Source of the DNA: Acidobacteriota bacterium
Lineage (GTDB): Bacteria; Acidobacteriota; Thermoanaerobaculia; Gp7-AA8
Length of the DNA stretch: 64,000 nt
Direction of reading: 5' to 3'
Assembly (NCBI GenBank): GCA_019244185.1
Contig: JAFATB010000014.1
Coordinates: 128,001 to 192,000, forward strand
Below, piece by piece: positions 54,056 through 63,586 of this stretch; the stretch's first letter is position 1, and each line of letters begins with the position of its first letter. The notes beneath the pieces are model-generated. The model was not told the origin of the DNA. It did not search any database and saw only the letters and a program-made list of their open reading frames with translations. The translations under genes and the position numbers were made by a program.

Positions 54056-55807
54056 ATGAAACGGTCTTTCCCCCTGGTTCTCTTCCTGCTCGTCCTCGGA
54101 TGCGCCTCCGCGCCTCCGCGCGCGGCGGAACCGGTGCACGTGGTCATCGTCTCCACGACGGACGTCCACGGATGGTTCAACGGCCACATCGAGTCGCCTC
54201 CGGGCGGCGGCGCGGGCGTGCTGTGGGGCGGCCTGCCGACGCTGGCGAGCTACATCGACGCGCTGCGCGACCGCGATCCCGGCCGCGTGCTCGTCGTCGA
54301 TTCCGGCGATCTCTTCCAGGGCACGCTCGAGTCGAACCTCTTCGAGGGCGAGCCGGTCGTCCGCGGCTACAACGCGATCGGCTACACCGCCGCCGCCGTC
54401 GGCAATCACGAGTTCGATTTCGGCCCCGTCGGCCCCGACTCCGTCGCGCGCACGCCCGGCCAGGATCCCCTCGGCACGATCAAGCGCAACGCCGAGCTGG
54501 CCATGTTCCCGTTCCTCTCCGCGAACATGCTCGACCGCGCGACGCACAAGACGCCGTCATGGGCGCGACCGTACACGCTCGTGCGCGCCGGCGCCGCGCG
54601 CATCGGCATCATCGGTCTCTCGACGCCCGACACGCCGAACACCACCACCGCCGCGAACGTGGCGTCGCTCGAGTTCACGGATCCCGTTCCGGCCGCCGTC
54701 GCCGCGGCGAAGGAACTGCGCGCGCAGGGCGCCGATGCCGTCATCGTGATCGCGCACATGGGCGGCCGCTGCAACGACGTCAGCGATCCGCACGTGCTCG
54801 CCGGCTGCGAGACGCAGCAGGAGGCGATGGAGTTTCTGCAGCGCATCCCGCCCGGCACCATCGACGCGTACTTTGCCGGCCACACGCACGCGCAGATGCG
54901 GCATTACGTGAACGGCGTGCCCGCCGTGCAGGGGCTCGCGTTCAGCCGCGAGTTCGGCACGGTCGATCTCTGGATCGACGCGCAGCACGACCGCGTGACG
55001 AAGTCGGAACTGCGTCCGCTGACGATGATCTGTTCGTTCGTCTACAGCGGTACCGAAACGTGCGATCCGAAGAAAGCTCCCGCGGGCGCGACGCTCGTGC
55101 CGCGCGTCTTCGCCGGCGAGACGATCGCACCCGTGTCGCGCGTCGCCTCCGTGATCGATCCGTATCTGCGCCGCACCGCCGCGAAGCGCGAGGAGAAGCT
55201 CGGCATCCGCACGTCGGCGGCGATTTCGCGCGCCTACATGGAAGAAGCGCCCCTCGGCGACGTGCTCGCCGATGCGCTGCGCGCGGCGACCGGCGCGGAC
55301 CTGGCGATGATGAACTCCGGCGGCATCCGCTCCGATCTCCCCGCGGGCGAGCTCACGTACGCGGACGTCTTCGCCGTGAGCCCCTTCGACAACTATCCAG
55401 CCGTCGTCGCGCTCACCGGCGCGGAGGTCACCGGCATCCTGCAGGCGATGTCCGGCGGCGCGCGCGGGATCATGCAGGTCAGCGGCCTCCGCTACACGAT
55501 CGACGAGGCGAAGGACGCCGACAAGCCCGCCGCCGAGCGCAATCGCGTCACGAGCATCACCCTCGAAGACAGCTCGCCGCTCGATCCCGCGAAGCTCTAC
55601 CGCGTGGCGATGCCCGACTTCATCGCCGCCGGCGGCGACGGCACGCAGGACGTGATGAAGAACGTCCCGAAAGACCGCATCCAGATCTTCTACTCGACCG
55701 CGCTCCGCGACGCCATCATCGACCCGATGCGCAAGATGCCGCAGCCGCTCACGCCCGACAAACGCGGACGCGTGACGATCCTCAACCACGACAAAGCGCC
55801 GAAGTAG
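54056..55807 (+). CDS. Bifunctional metallophosphatase/5'-nucleotidase lipoprotein
   Basis: Lipobox VLGC; TDVHG, DSGD, GNHEFD, AH, GHTH, NSGGIR, GGDG. Confidence 0.92.
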   Translation: MKRSFPLVLFLLVLGCASAPPRAAEPVHVVIVSTTDVHGWFNGHIESPPGGGAGVLWGGLPTLASYIDALRDRDPGRVLVVDSGDLFQGTLESNLFEGEPVVRGYNAIGYTAAAVGNHEFDFGPVGPDSVARTPGQDPLGTIKRNAELAMFPFLSANMLDRATHKTPSWARPYTLVRAGAARIGIIGLSTPDTPNTTTAANVASLEFTDPVPAAVAAAKELRAQGADAVIVIAHMGGRCNDVSDPHVLAGCETQQEAMEFLQRIPPGTIDAYFAGHTHAQMRHYVNGVPAVQGLAFSREFGTVDLWIDAQHDRVTKSELRPLTMICSFVYSGTETCDPKKAPAGATLVPRVFAGETIAPVSRVASVIDPYLRRTAAKREEKLGIRTSAAISRAYMEEAPLGDVLADALRAATGADLAMMNSGGIRSDLPAGELTYADVFAVSPFDNYPAVVALTGAEVTGILQAMSGGARGIMQVSGLRYTIDEAKDADKPAAERNRVTSITLEDSSPLDPAKLYRVAMPDFIAAGGDGTQDVMKNVPKDRIQIFYSTALRDAIIDPMRKMPQPLTPDKRGRVTILNHDKAPK

Positions 55808-55816
55808 CGGCGGCGC

Positions 55817-56764
55817 TCACGTCAGGCGGCGCAGGTAGTACGCCCAGAACGCGGCGTCCTCGCGCACGAGGTTGAACGGCATCGACCACGGCACGGAGTC
55901 GTGCGAGGGGACGGTGAAGACTTCGACGCCGTAGCGCTGGTACGTCATCTTGATGCGCGGCAGGTGGTAGAAGTGACTGACGACGAGCACGCGCGCCGGT
56001 CTCTCGCCGAGCATCGCGCGCGTGTTGCGCACCGACGCCTCCGTGTTCACGCCGGCCGCGTCTTCGACGATCGCCTCGCGCGGCACGCCGAGCGACTCCG
56101 CGTAACGGCGCATCACCCGCGGCTCGCTGAACGCGCCTTCGCCGGGCCCGCCGGAGAAGACGAGTTGCCGCACGAGTCCCGCGCGCTGCAGCTCGCACGC
56201 GGTCCGCACGCGATCGGCGAGCGCGTGCGACGGCGTGCCGTTCGCGAACGCGCGCGCGCCGAAGACGACCGCGACGTCGGCGCGCCGGCGGTAGTCGGTC
56301 GTGCCGAAAAACGCGATCTGCGCGAGCGGAAAGACGACGACCGCGACGACGACCGCGATTCCGGCGACGAGCGGCCGCGCCGGCTCCTCGTCGTCGCGCA
56401 CGAAGATGAAGAAGCCGAGCAGCAGCGCGACGGCGAGGGAGAGCGGCAGCGGCACGAGCGGCTCGATCGCGCCGTTCGCGACGGCGACGTAGAAGCGGAT
56501 GCTGTCGACCATCGCCGCGACCGCCAGCGCGCCAAGCAGCACGCTCGCGGCGCGGCGTACGTGTCCCGCGCGCCGGCACGCGTACACGAGCAGCGCGGCG
56601 GCCGCGCAGAGCAGCACGACGCGCTGTGCGCCGATCGGCAACGGGCGGAGGTCGATCCACCAGAGGTTGCCGTTCGCGCCCGCGAACCGCAGATCGCCGG
56701 CGACGTTCGCAATGGCGAAGAGGCCGAGGAACAGCGCGAGACCGCGAACAATCGAAGCGCGCAT
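55817..56764 (-). CDS. YdcF/DUF218 (ElyC/SanA-like) protein with N-terminal TM region
   Basis: VVFGA...L.DRV...FSGG...SE..VM...NTEAS...VSHFYHLPR...RE. Confidence 0.88.
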   Translation of the reverse strand: MRASIVRGLALFLGLFAIANVAGDLRFAGANGNLWWIDLRPLPIGAQRVVLLCAAAALLVYACRRAGHVRRAASVLLGALAVAAMVDSIRFYVAVANGAIEPLVPLPLSLAVALLLGFFIFVRDDEEPARPLVAGIAVVVAVVVFPLAQIAFFGTTDYRRRADVAVVFGARAFANGTPSHALADRVRTACELQRAGLVRQLVFSGGPGEGAFSEPRVMRRYAESLGVPREAIVEDAAGVNTEASVRNTRAMLGERPARVLVVSHFYHLPRIKMTYQRYGVEVFTVPSHDSVPWSMPFNLVREDAAFWAYYLRRLT

Positions 56765-56777
56765 GCGATGTTCGTCC

Positions 56778-57380
56778 TCAGCCTGGAACGGCCGGCTGCA
56801 CGGCAGGCGTGCGGCGGCGGACGCGCTTCACGATCCGCCACAGCACCCACACGAGCGCGAGGAGCACGATCGGCACGACGAGTGGCGCGAAGATGGCGAT
56901 CATGGAGAGCCCGAACGAGAAGATATCTTCGAGCACCGAGAGGAACGGGTTCGCGCAGCCGAGGGTCGCGGTCGACGACGCAACGCGCGTCCCTGCCTTC
57001 AGCGTGTGCAGGCCGAGCGATGCGGGTGCGCCGACGATGAGCCCGACCACCGCGGCGACGGTCGGATCGACGACGCTGGCGAGCACGGACGCGGTCGCGG
57101 TCGCGCCGGCGAGCGGGCGGATGAACGTGCCAGCGGCGTGCAGGAAGTGATCGACGGCGGGGATCTTGTCGGCGATGAGCTCGACGATGGTCGCGAGGAC
57201 GAGCACGGCCAGCGCGGTGTCCGTCTCGAGCCACGCGAACTTCGCGCCGAGCGTCACTCCGGCGATGTGGAAGTGCGCGGCGGCGGAAAGCAGCAGCAGC
57301 GGAAGAAAGGTATTCAGTCCGGTCGAGGCCGAAAGGCCGAGGCCCAGCAGAAGGGCGAGGACGAGCTGCGTGGCGCTCAC
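56778..57380 (-). CDS. DUF4126 membrane protein
   Basis: GLSASTGLN.FLPLL...ELIADKIPAVD...NPFLSVLED. Confidence 0.85.
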   Translation of the reverse strand: MSATQLVLALLLGLGLSASTGLNTFLPLLLLSAAAHFHIAGVTLGAKFAWLETDTALAVLVLATIVELIADKIPAVDHFLHAAGTFIRPLAGATATASVLASVVDPTVAAVVGLIVGAPASLGLHTLKAGTRVASSTATLGCANPFLSVLEDIFSFGLSMIAIFAPLVVPIVLLALVWVLWRIVKRVRRRTPAVQPAVPG

Positions 57381-58423
57381 GCCATGATGGTAGCGCGCTT
57401 GCCGTCGTGCCGGCTCGCGCGCGCGGCGGCGAGCTCCATCTGTTTCTCCAGAAACTCGCGGAAGCCGATGCCCGCCTCGCGCAACTCCTGCGGCACGAGC
57501 GAGCTGGTCGTCAGTCCCGGCAGCGTGTTCGTCTCGAGGAAGTAGACGCCGTCTTCCGCCGCAATGAGATCGCTGCGCGAGTAGCCTTCGCACCCGAGCG
57601 CTTCATGCGCCGCGAGCGCGGTCTGTTGCGCATCTGCCGTGACCGCATCCGGAATCTGCGCCGGACAGATCTCCCGCGTGCCCGCGCCGAGGTACTTGCC
57701 CGCGTAGTCGAACGCGCGATTCGTGTCGACTTCGATCTCGATCACCGGCAGCGCGAACGGGCCGTCTCCGTGATCGATCACGCCCACCGTGAGCTCGCGC
57801 CCCGCGATGAACTGTTCGAGGATATACGGCATCTTCCGTTCGATGACCTGCCGCGCGACCGCCTCGCGATCGTCCTCACGTCCGAGAAAAAACAATCCGC
57901 GACTCGAGCCCGCCGCGAGCGGCTTCAACACGATCCGCTCGTAACGCGACAACAGGTCGTCGATCGCCGCGCGAATCTCGTCCGCGTTCCTCGCAACCCG
58001 CGACTCCGCCATCCGCACGCGCCCCCGCACGAGTTCTTTCGCGCGATCCTTATCGAACGCCGCCGCGCTCGCTGCCGATCCGGATCCCGTGAACGGGATC
58101 CCGCGCTTCTCCAGCATCGCCTGCACGGTGCCGTCTTCCCCCTCGCCCCCATGCAACGCGAGCAAAAACAACGGCTCTTCGACGGGCAACGTATCGAGAG
58201 CCTGTTCGAGATCGGGAAAGATCGCAGGCCGCACCGGCACGAAGTCGAGCTCGAACGGACGCTGCTGCTCGATCACATCACTCGCCCGCACGTCGTGCAC
58301 GCTCCCCTCCGGCGCCCAGTACCACGCGAGCACACGATCGAGCGTCCGCAGGACGTTCTGCGCCGAAGCCACCGAGACATGGCGCTCATCCGAACGCCCC
58401 CCAAACAAAACAATCGGAGTCAC
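57377..58423 (-). CDS. ddl: D-alanine--D-alanine ligase family ATP-grasp protein
   Basis: LFGGRSDERHVSVASA, LHGGEGEDG, FTGS, DK, GSSRG, FDYAGKY, ETNTLPG. Confidence 0.85.
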   Translation of the reverse strand: MTPIVLFGGRSDERHVSVASAQNVLRTLDRVLAWYWAPEGSVHDVRASDVIEQQRPFELDFVPVRPAIFPDLEQALDTLPVEEPLFLLALHGGEGEDGTVQAMLEKRGIPFTGSGSAASAAAFDKDRAKELVRGRVRMAESRVARNADEIRAAIDDLLSRYERIVLKPLAAGSSRGLFFLGREDDREAVARQVIERKMPYILEQFIAGRELTVGVIDHGDGPFALPVIEIEVDTNRAFDYAGKYLGAGTREICPAQIPDAVTADAQQTALAAHEALGCEGYSRSDLIAAEDGVYFLETNTLPGLTTSSLVPQELREAGIGFREFLEKQMELAAARASRHDGKRATIMA

Positions 58424-58437
58424 GGCTGCTGCTCTCT

Positions 58438-58652
58438 GCAACGGTTCTGCCCGAGGAGAGACCGACGAGGAGCGCCTCCGGCGGGCCGGCGCGGCCGGCG
58501 GCGCTGAGGGCTTAGCCTATCCGCACGTGCGGCTGCTCTGCGCGTGTTGATGGCAGCCGCACGTGCGTACTGGCTAAGCCCTCAGCGCTGCCGGCCGCGC
58601 CGGCCCGCCGGAGGCGCTCCCGGTCAACGGTCGCTCTCGGTCAGACCGTTGC
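58438..58652. repeat. Long imperfect inverted repeat of about 215 bp (REPIN/MITE-like)
   Basis: Core 58469-58620 has near-perfect arms of about 68 bp around a 16-nt spacer; outer imperfect arms gcaacggt(t)ctg(c/a)ccgag. Confidence 0.88.
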
Positions 58653-59936
58653 GAATGCCGCGTCCAAGGCCGCGATCAGTTCGTCGATGTCGCTCTTCGT
58701 GGCGATGAGCGGCGGGCCGAGGCGGATCACGTTGCCGAAGAGGCCACCTTTGCCGATGAGGACGCCGCGGCGGCGCGTTTCCTCGAAGACCTTCAGGACG
58801 GCTTTCGGTGCGGGCGTTTTCGTCTGGCGGTCTTCGACGCATTCGATCGCCTGCATGAGACCCATGCCGCGCACGTCGCCGATGATCGGGTACTTGTCCT
58901 TGAGGGCCTCGAGCTTCTCGCGGAGGTAGGCGCCGACGACGGCGGCGTTGTGGGGGAGATCGTGCTCGTCCATGTAGCGGATCGTCGCGAGAGCGGCGGC
59001 GGACGTCACGGGATTCCCGCCGAACGTGGCGAACGTCAGCGAGGGGAACGCCGCGGCGATCTCGTCCGTCGTGGTCGTGCAGCCGATCGGCGAGCCGTTG
59101 GCCATTCCCTTCGCGAACGTCATCACGTCGGGCTCCACGTCCCAGTGCTCGATGCCGCACCACTTGTCGCCGGTGCGGCCCCAGCCGGTTTGTACTTCAT
59201 CGCAGACGAAGATGCCGCCGTAGCGATGGATGATGTCGGTGACGACCTTGAAGTACTCCTTCGGCGGCACGATGAACCCGCCGACGCCGAGGATCGGCTC
59301 GGCGATCATGCCGGCGATGCGGCCGTCCGTCGTCGTGAGGATGAGGTCCTCGATGTCGGTCGCGCAGCGCATCCCGCAATTGTCGGGAGTCGCGCCGAAC
59401 GGGCAGCGGTAGCAGTAGGGAGCGTACGCGTGCTTGATCCCCGCGACCGCGGTGCCGCCGTGGCGCCACGTCGAATGGCCGGCTGCGCTCATCGAGAGCA
59501 TCGTGCGGCCGTGGTACGCGTGGCGCAGGGCGATGATCTCCTGGCGGCCGGTGTAGAGGCGCGTGAGCAGCATCGCCGTCTCGTCGGCTTCGGTGCCGCT
59601 GTTCGTGAAGAAGCTGCGGGTGAGCTTTCCGGGCGTCACGCGCGCGACTTCCTTGCCGAGGTCCGCGGCCGGCTTGTTGATGTAGAGCGTCGACGTGTGC
59701 GAGACCTTGTCGATCTGCTCGTGGATGGCGCGGTTCACATCGGGATTCGCGTGACCGACGGAGACCGTCAGCACGCCGCCAAAGCAGTCGAGGTAGCGGT
59801 TGCCGCCTTCGTCCCAGACGTGCATGCCTTCGCCGCGGTCGATCACGAGCGGCTCTTCGTAGTACGTCGCCGCGGCGGGCCACGCGTGCTGTTTGTATTC
59901 GGCGACGGTGTCGGTGTTCTCGAGAAGATCGGTCAT
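58641..59936 (-). CDS. Class III aminotransferase (AGXT2/beta-alanine aminotransferase-like)
   Basis: YLDCFGG..TVSVGH, NSGTEA, AYHG, AEPI.GVGG, DEVQTGWGRTG, AKGMANG, TFGGNP. Confidence 0.9.
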   Translation of the reverse strand: MTDLLENTDTVAEYKQHAWPAAATYYEEPLVIDRGEGMHVWDEGGNRYLDCFGGVLTVSVGHANPDVNRAIHEQIDKVSHTSTLYINKPAADLGKEVARVTPGKLTRSFFTNSGTEADETAMLLTRLYTGRQEIIALRHAYHGRTMLSMSAAGHSTWRHGGTAVAGIKHAYAPYCYRCPFGATPDNCGMRCATDIEDLILTTTDGRIAGMIAEPILGVGGFIVPPKEYFKVVTDIIHRYGGIFVCDEVQTGWGRTGDKWCGIEHWDVEPDVMTFAKGMANGSPIGCTTTTDEIAAAFPSLTFATFGGNPVTSAAALATIRYMDEHDLPHNAAVVGAYLREKLEALKDKYPIIGDVRGMGLMQAIECVEDRQTKTPAPKAVLKVFEETRRRGVLIGKGGLFGNVIRLGPPLIATKSDIDELIAALDAAFATV

Positions 59937-59956
59937 CGTGGTTCCTTCCGAATGGG

Positions 59957-61075
59957 CTAGGCGGTGACGAGCGGGCGGGCGTAGCCCTCGTGCTCCTCGT
60001 CGTAGCCGCCGTGGTACTCGCGGGTCTCGGGGCGTTTGATCTGCGAGTGCGCGACGACGCGGTCGCGGCGGAGGCCGCGGAAGTCTTCGAGCGAATTGAA
60101 GCCGCGGCGTTCCATGAACTCGCTCATGCCGTTGGTCAACATCTTGATCACATTGGGGCCGACGGCGTGGTCGAGCATCGCCGCGGTGCAGACCTGCACG
60201 GTGCCGCAGCCGAGGAGGAAGTAGCTGAGCGCGTGCTCGAAGGTGGAGACGCCGCCGATGCCGGAGAACGCCTTGTCGGGGAAGCGGCGGGTCATCTCGG
60301 ACATCTTCGCGAGCGACAGCGGGAGGATGGCCGGGCCGCCGAGGCCGCCGGAGGAGACGTAGCCCTCGACGTTCATCTCGAACTCCAGCGATTCGGGATC
60401 GATGGGGGGGAGCGAGGGGAACGTGTTCGACGACGAGATCGCGTCGGCGCCGCCGCGGAACGTCGCTTCCGCTTCCTCGCCGATGTTCGCGGTGGCGGGC
60501 GTGAGCTTCACCCACACCGGCACGCGCGCCACTTCCTTCACGGCCATCGTCACGACCGAGCAGAGCACCTTGTCCTTGCCGACGTTCGAGCCCATGTCGA
60601 TGCGGTCCATGTGCGGGCAGGAGAAGTTCAGCTCGACGCCGTCGGCGCCGGCGTCCTGCACGCCCTTGGTCAGCTCCTGCCAGTGATGCAGCTCCTTGTC
60701 GTTGCCGGAGCCGGCCATGATCGACGCGATGAGGATGCGCGTCGGGTGCGCCTTCTTGATCGACTCGATGCGTGGCAGCCACCAGTCGATGGTCTTGTCG
60801 GAGATCAGCTCCCAGTTCCACGACGCGACGAGCGTCGTCGACGGCCGCTTGTTCATCGAGAGGCGCGTGGCCTCGTTGTCGGCGCGCAGGAACTTCGTCT
60901 TCGGACCTTTCACATTGACGACCGGATGCAGGCCGATGGTCTTCGTCACCACGCCGCCCCAGCCGGCGTCGAACGCGCGGAGGATGTTCGCGTCGGATTC
61001 GGTCGGCGGTGCGGAGGCGAGCAAGAACGGATTTTCGAAACGAAGTCGGGTAAACGTCGTCGACAGATCGCGCAT
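59957..61075 (-). CDS. preA: Dihydropyrimidine dehydrogenase FMN subunit (PreA/PYD1-like) lacking the C-terminal ferredoxin domain
   Basis: NPFLLASAPPT, GWGGVVTKT, NWELISD, ELNFSCPH, VKLTP, SNT, GIGG, VQVCTA. Confidence 0.88.
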   Translation of the reverse strand: MRDLSTTFTRLRFENPFLLASAPPTESDANILRAFDAGWGGVVTKTIGLHPVVNVKGPKTKFLRADNEATRLSMNKRPSTTLVASWNWELISDKTIDWWLPRIESIKKAHPTRILIASIMAGSGNDKELHHWQELTKGVQDAGADGVELNFSCPHMDRIDMGSNVGKDKVLCSVVTMAVKEVARVPVWVKLTPATANIGEEAEATFRGGADAISSSNTFPSLPPIDPESLEFEMNVEGYVSSGGLGGPAILPLSLAKMSEMTRRFPDKAFSGIGGVSTFEHALSYFLLGCGTVQVCTAAMLDHAVGPNVIKMLTNGMSEFMERRGFNSLEDFRGLRRDRVVAHSQIKRPETREYHGGYDEEHEGYARPLVTA

Positions 61076-61147
61076 GGGTTTGGGTCCTCTCGGCGGAAAG
61101 AGCGACGAGTGTACGTCCATTCGGCGCGGCCTTACAATTCCGGGCTC

Positions 61148-62653
61148 ATGACGAACAGCTCGGAAGTGATCCGCCACGCCGATGGCCGCGTGGAGCTGCG
61201 GGACTACGCCTCCATCGAGTCGAGCCGGCTGTACAGCGAAGACCTCGCTCCGGTGCCGGTCGCGAAGCGCAACTGGTCGACGTACAACTACGCGGCGCTG
61301 TGGATCTCGATGGCGCACTGCATCCCGACGTACATGCTCTCGTCGGGTCTCATCGCCGCCGGCATGAACTGGTGGCAGGCGCTGATCACGATTCTCCTCG
61401 GCAACACGATCGTCCTCGTGCCGATCCTCCTCAACTCGCATCCCGGCACGAAGTACGGCATCCCGTTCCCGGTCTTCGCGCGCGCGAGCTACGGCACGGT
61501 CGGCTCGAACCTCCCCGCGATCATGCGCGCGCTCGTGGCGTGCGGCTGGTTCGGCATTCAGGCGTGGATCGGCGGCCAGGCGCTGCACACCTTTCTGCAC
61601 TCGATCCTCCCGTCGTGGCCGACGCTCCTCGGCGGCCCGATCGGCGGGCACACGCCGACCGAATGGCTCTCGTTCCTCGTCTTCTGGGGGATGAACATCT
61701 TCATCATCTACCGCGGCATGGACCTGCTGCGCATGGTCGAGAACTGGGCCGCGCCGTTCGTGCTCGTGATGACCGCGCTGCTCCTCGCGTGGGCGCTCAA
61801 TCGCGCGGGGGGACTCGGACATCTCGTCGCGCATCCCGGCAAGCTCAACTCGTGGGCGGCGTTCAAGCCGGTGTTCATCCCGTCGCTCACGGCGATGATC
61901 GGCTTCTGGGCGACGCTCTCGCTGAACATGCCCGACTTCACGCGTTTCGGCCGCAGCCAGCGCGAGCAGGCGCTGGGACAAAGCGTCGCGCTGCCGACGA
62001 CGATGACCATCTTCGCCGCGATGGGCGTGATGATCACCTCCGCGGCGATGATCATTTACCCCGGCGAAGACATCAACAAGCTGTGGGATCCGGTGCAGCT
62101 CGTCGGACACTTCACCCACGCGTGGATCGTGGCGATCTCGATGTTCACCGTCGTCGTGGCGACGCTCTCCGTCAACATCGCCGCGAACGTCGTCTCGCCC
62201 GCGAACGACTTCGCGAACGCGTTCCCGAAACACATCTCGTTCCGCACCGGCGGTCTCATCACCGGCATCGTCGGCATTCTGATGATGCCGTGGCGCCTGC
62301 TCGCCGATCCGAGCGGCTACATCTTCGCCTGGCTCCTCGGATACAGCGGCGGGCTCGGCTCGATCGCCGGCGTGCTCATCGCCGACTACTGGCTCGTGCG
62401 CGACAAGGAGCTGCGCCTCGCCGATCTCTATCGCGAGAACGGCGCGTACACGTACGAAGGCGGGTGGAACTGGCGCGCGGTCGTGGCCACGCTCGCGGGC
62501 TGCTTCTTCGCGTGGATCGGCCTCGCGGTGCCGGCGCTCAAGCCGCTCTACGACTACGCGTGGTTCGTCGGCTTCGGCGTCGCGTTCGCCGTGCACTATC
62601 TGCTGATGAAGGTCTCGAAGCCGAAGATCGTGCCCGCGGCGGAAGTCGCGTAG
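61148..62653 (+). CDS. NCS1 nucleobase:cation symporter-1
   Basis: EDLAP...W, KYGIPFPV.ARAS, WFGIQ, WATLSLNMPDFTRF, NIAAN. Confidence 0.93.
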   Translation: MTNSSEVIRHADGRVELRDYASIESSRLYSEDLAPVPVAKRNWSTYNYAALWISMAHCIPTYMLSSGLIAAGMNWWQALITILLGNTIVLVPILLNSHPGTKYGIPFPVFARASYGTVGSNLPAIMRALVACGWFGIQAWIGGQALHTFLHSILPSWPTLLGGPIGGHTPTEWLSFLVFWGMNIFIIYRGMDLLRMVENWAAPFVLVMTALLLAWALNRAGGLGHLVAHPGKLNSWAAFKPVFIPSLTAMIGFWATLSLNMPDFTRFGRSQREQALGQSVALPTTMTIFAAMGVMITSAAMIIYPGEDINKLWDPVQLVGHFTHAWIVAISMFTVVVATLSVNIAANVVSPANDFANAFPKHISFRTGGLITGIVGILMMPWRLLADPSGYIFAWLLGYSGGLGSIAGVLIADYWLVRDKELRLADLYRENGAYTYEGGWNWRAVVATLAGCFFAWIGLAVPALKPLYDYAWFVGFGVAFAVHYLLMKVSKPKIVPAAEVA

Positions 62654-62712
62654 CGCCGCGGCAATCCATCGCTCGTTCCGCGCCGTAGTGACGGCGTAAG
62701 GAGACGAGCACC

Positions 62713-63147
62713 ATGGAATCGATCGTCAGCAATGCAAACGACGGCGTGCGCCTGCGCGTCGTCGGCGACACGATGCGCGTCCTCGCCACGAGCAAGCAGA
62801 CCGGCGGCGCGTACGAGGTCTTCGAGATGGAAGGGCCGGAAGGCAGCGGTCCGCCGCCGCACGCGCATCCGTGGGCGGAGGCGTACGTCGTGCTGGAAGG
62901 GGAGGCGGACGTCTTCCTCGACGGCGCGCATCTCGAGGCCAGGCCCGGCTGCTTCTTCCAGATCCCCGCGGGTATCACGCACGCGTACCGCATCAAGTCA
63001 CCGCGCGCGAAGTTCGTCGTGATCACGAGCCCCGGCGGCGCGCACGACTTCTTCCGGGAGATGGACGCGGAGACCGCCGGCGGCTGCGACGACATGCAGA
63101 AGGTCATCGCCGTCGCGTTGCGTCACGGCTTCAGCGTTCCGCAGTAA
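62713..63147 (+). CDS. Cupin domain protein
   Basis: AAGGAG RBS; GPPPHAH...EAYVVLEG...IPAGITHAY. Confidence 0.88.
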   Translation: MESIVSNANDGVRLRVVGDTMRVLATSKQTGGAYEVFEMEGPEGSGPPPHAHPWAEAYVVLEGEADVFLDGAHLEARPGCFFQIPAGITHAYRIKSPRAKFVVITSPGGAHDFFREMDAETAGGCDDMQKVIAVALRHGFSVPQ

Positions 63148-63160
63148 CGCGCGCCTGTCT

Positions 63161-63185
63161 CGCGGCGGCGGATCCCGCCGCCGCG
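63161..63185. repeat. GC-rich hairpin (REP-like or terminator-like)
   Basis: cgcggcggcgg-atc-ccgccgccgcg. Confidence 0.5.
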
Positions 63186-63208
63186 GCGCGTCCTTTATCA
63201 TCACGCGC

Positions 63209-63586
63209 ATGGATGATTTCGACGCGCTGTGGCGCTCGTCGGTGCGCTTCCGCCGCGCATCGCGCGAGCTGCAGACGCTGCTGCGCGGCGTGCACGATGC
63301 GTTCGGCAGCGACGACGACGCGCAGCTGCGCGCCGCGCTGGAACGGCTGCTCGTGTTCCTCGCCAGCTCCGAAGGACGCACGGACGCGAACTGCGCGACG
63401 ACGTACTACTTCATGACCGCGGCCGAGCCGCGCTGGCGTGCCGCGCGCGCGGAGCTGCGCGCGATCTTCGACGACATGAGCGGCACGCTGCAGGACTCGG
63501 TCTACGCGCCCGACATCGCCAGGACGTTCGAGGCCACGCCGGAGCAGCTGCTCGCGCGACTGCGCGCGGTCACGACATCCAGTTGA
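63209..63586 (+). CDS. Hypothetical helical protein
   Basis: 125-aa ORF with typical codon usage; TATCAT 7 nt upstream. Confidence 0.7.
   Translation: MDDFDALWRSSVRFRRASRELQTLLRGVHDAFGSDDDAQLRAALERLLVFLASSEGRTDANCATTYYFMTAAEPRWRAARAELRAIFDDMSGTLQDSVYAPDIARTFEATPEQLLARLRAVTTSS

Noticed and set aside
59957-62596. Apparent 879-aa and 887-aa overlapping ORFs suggesting fusions
   Set aside because: The extensions are antisense read-through of the divergent preA and NCS1 genes; real starts are 61075 and 61148
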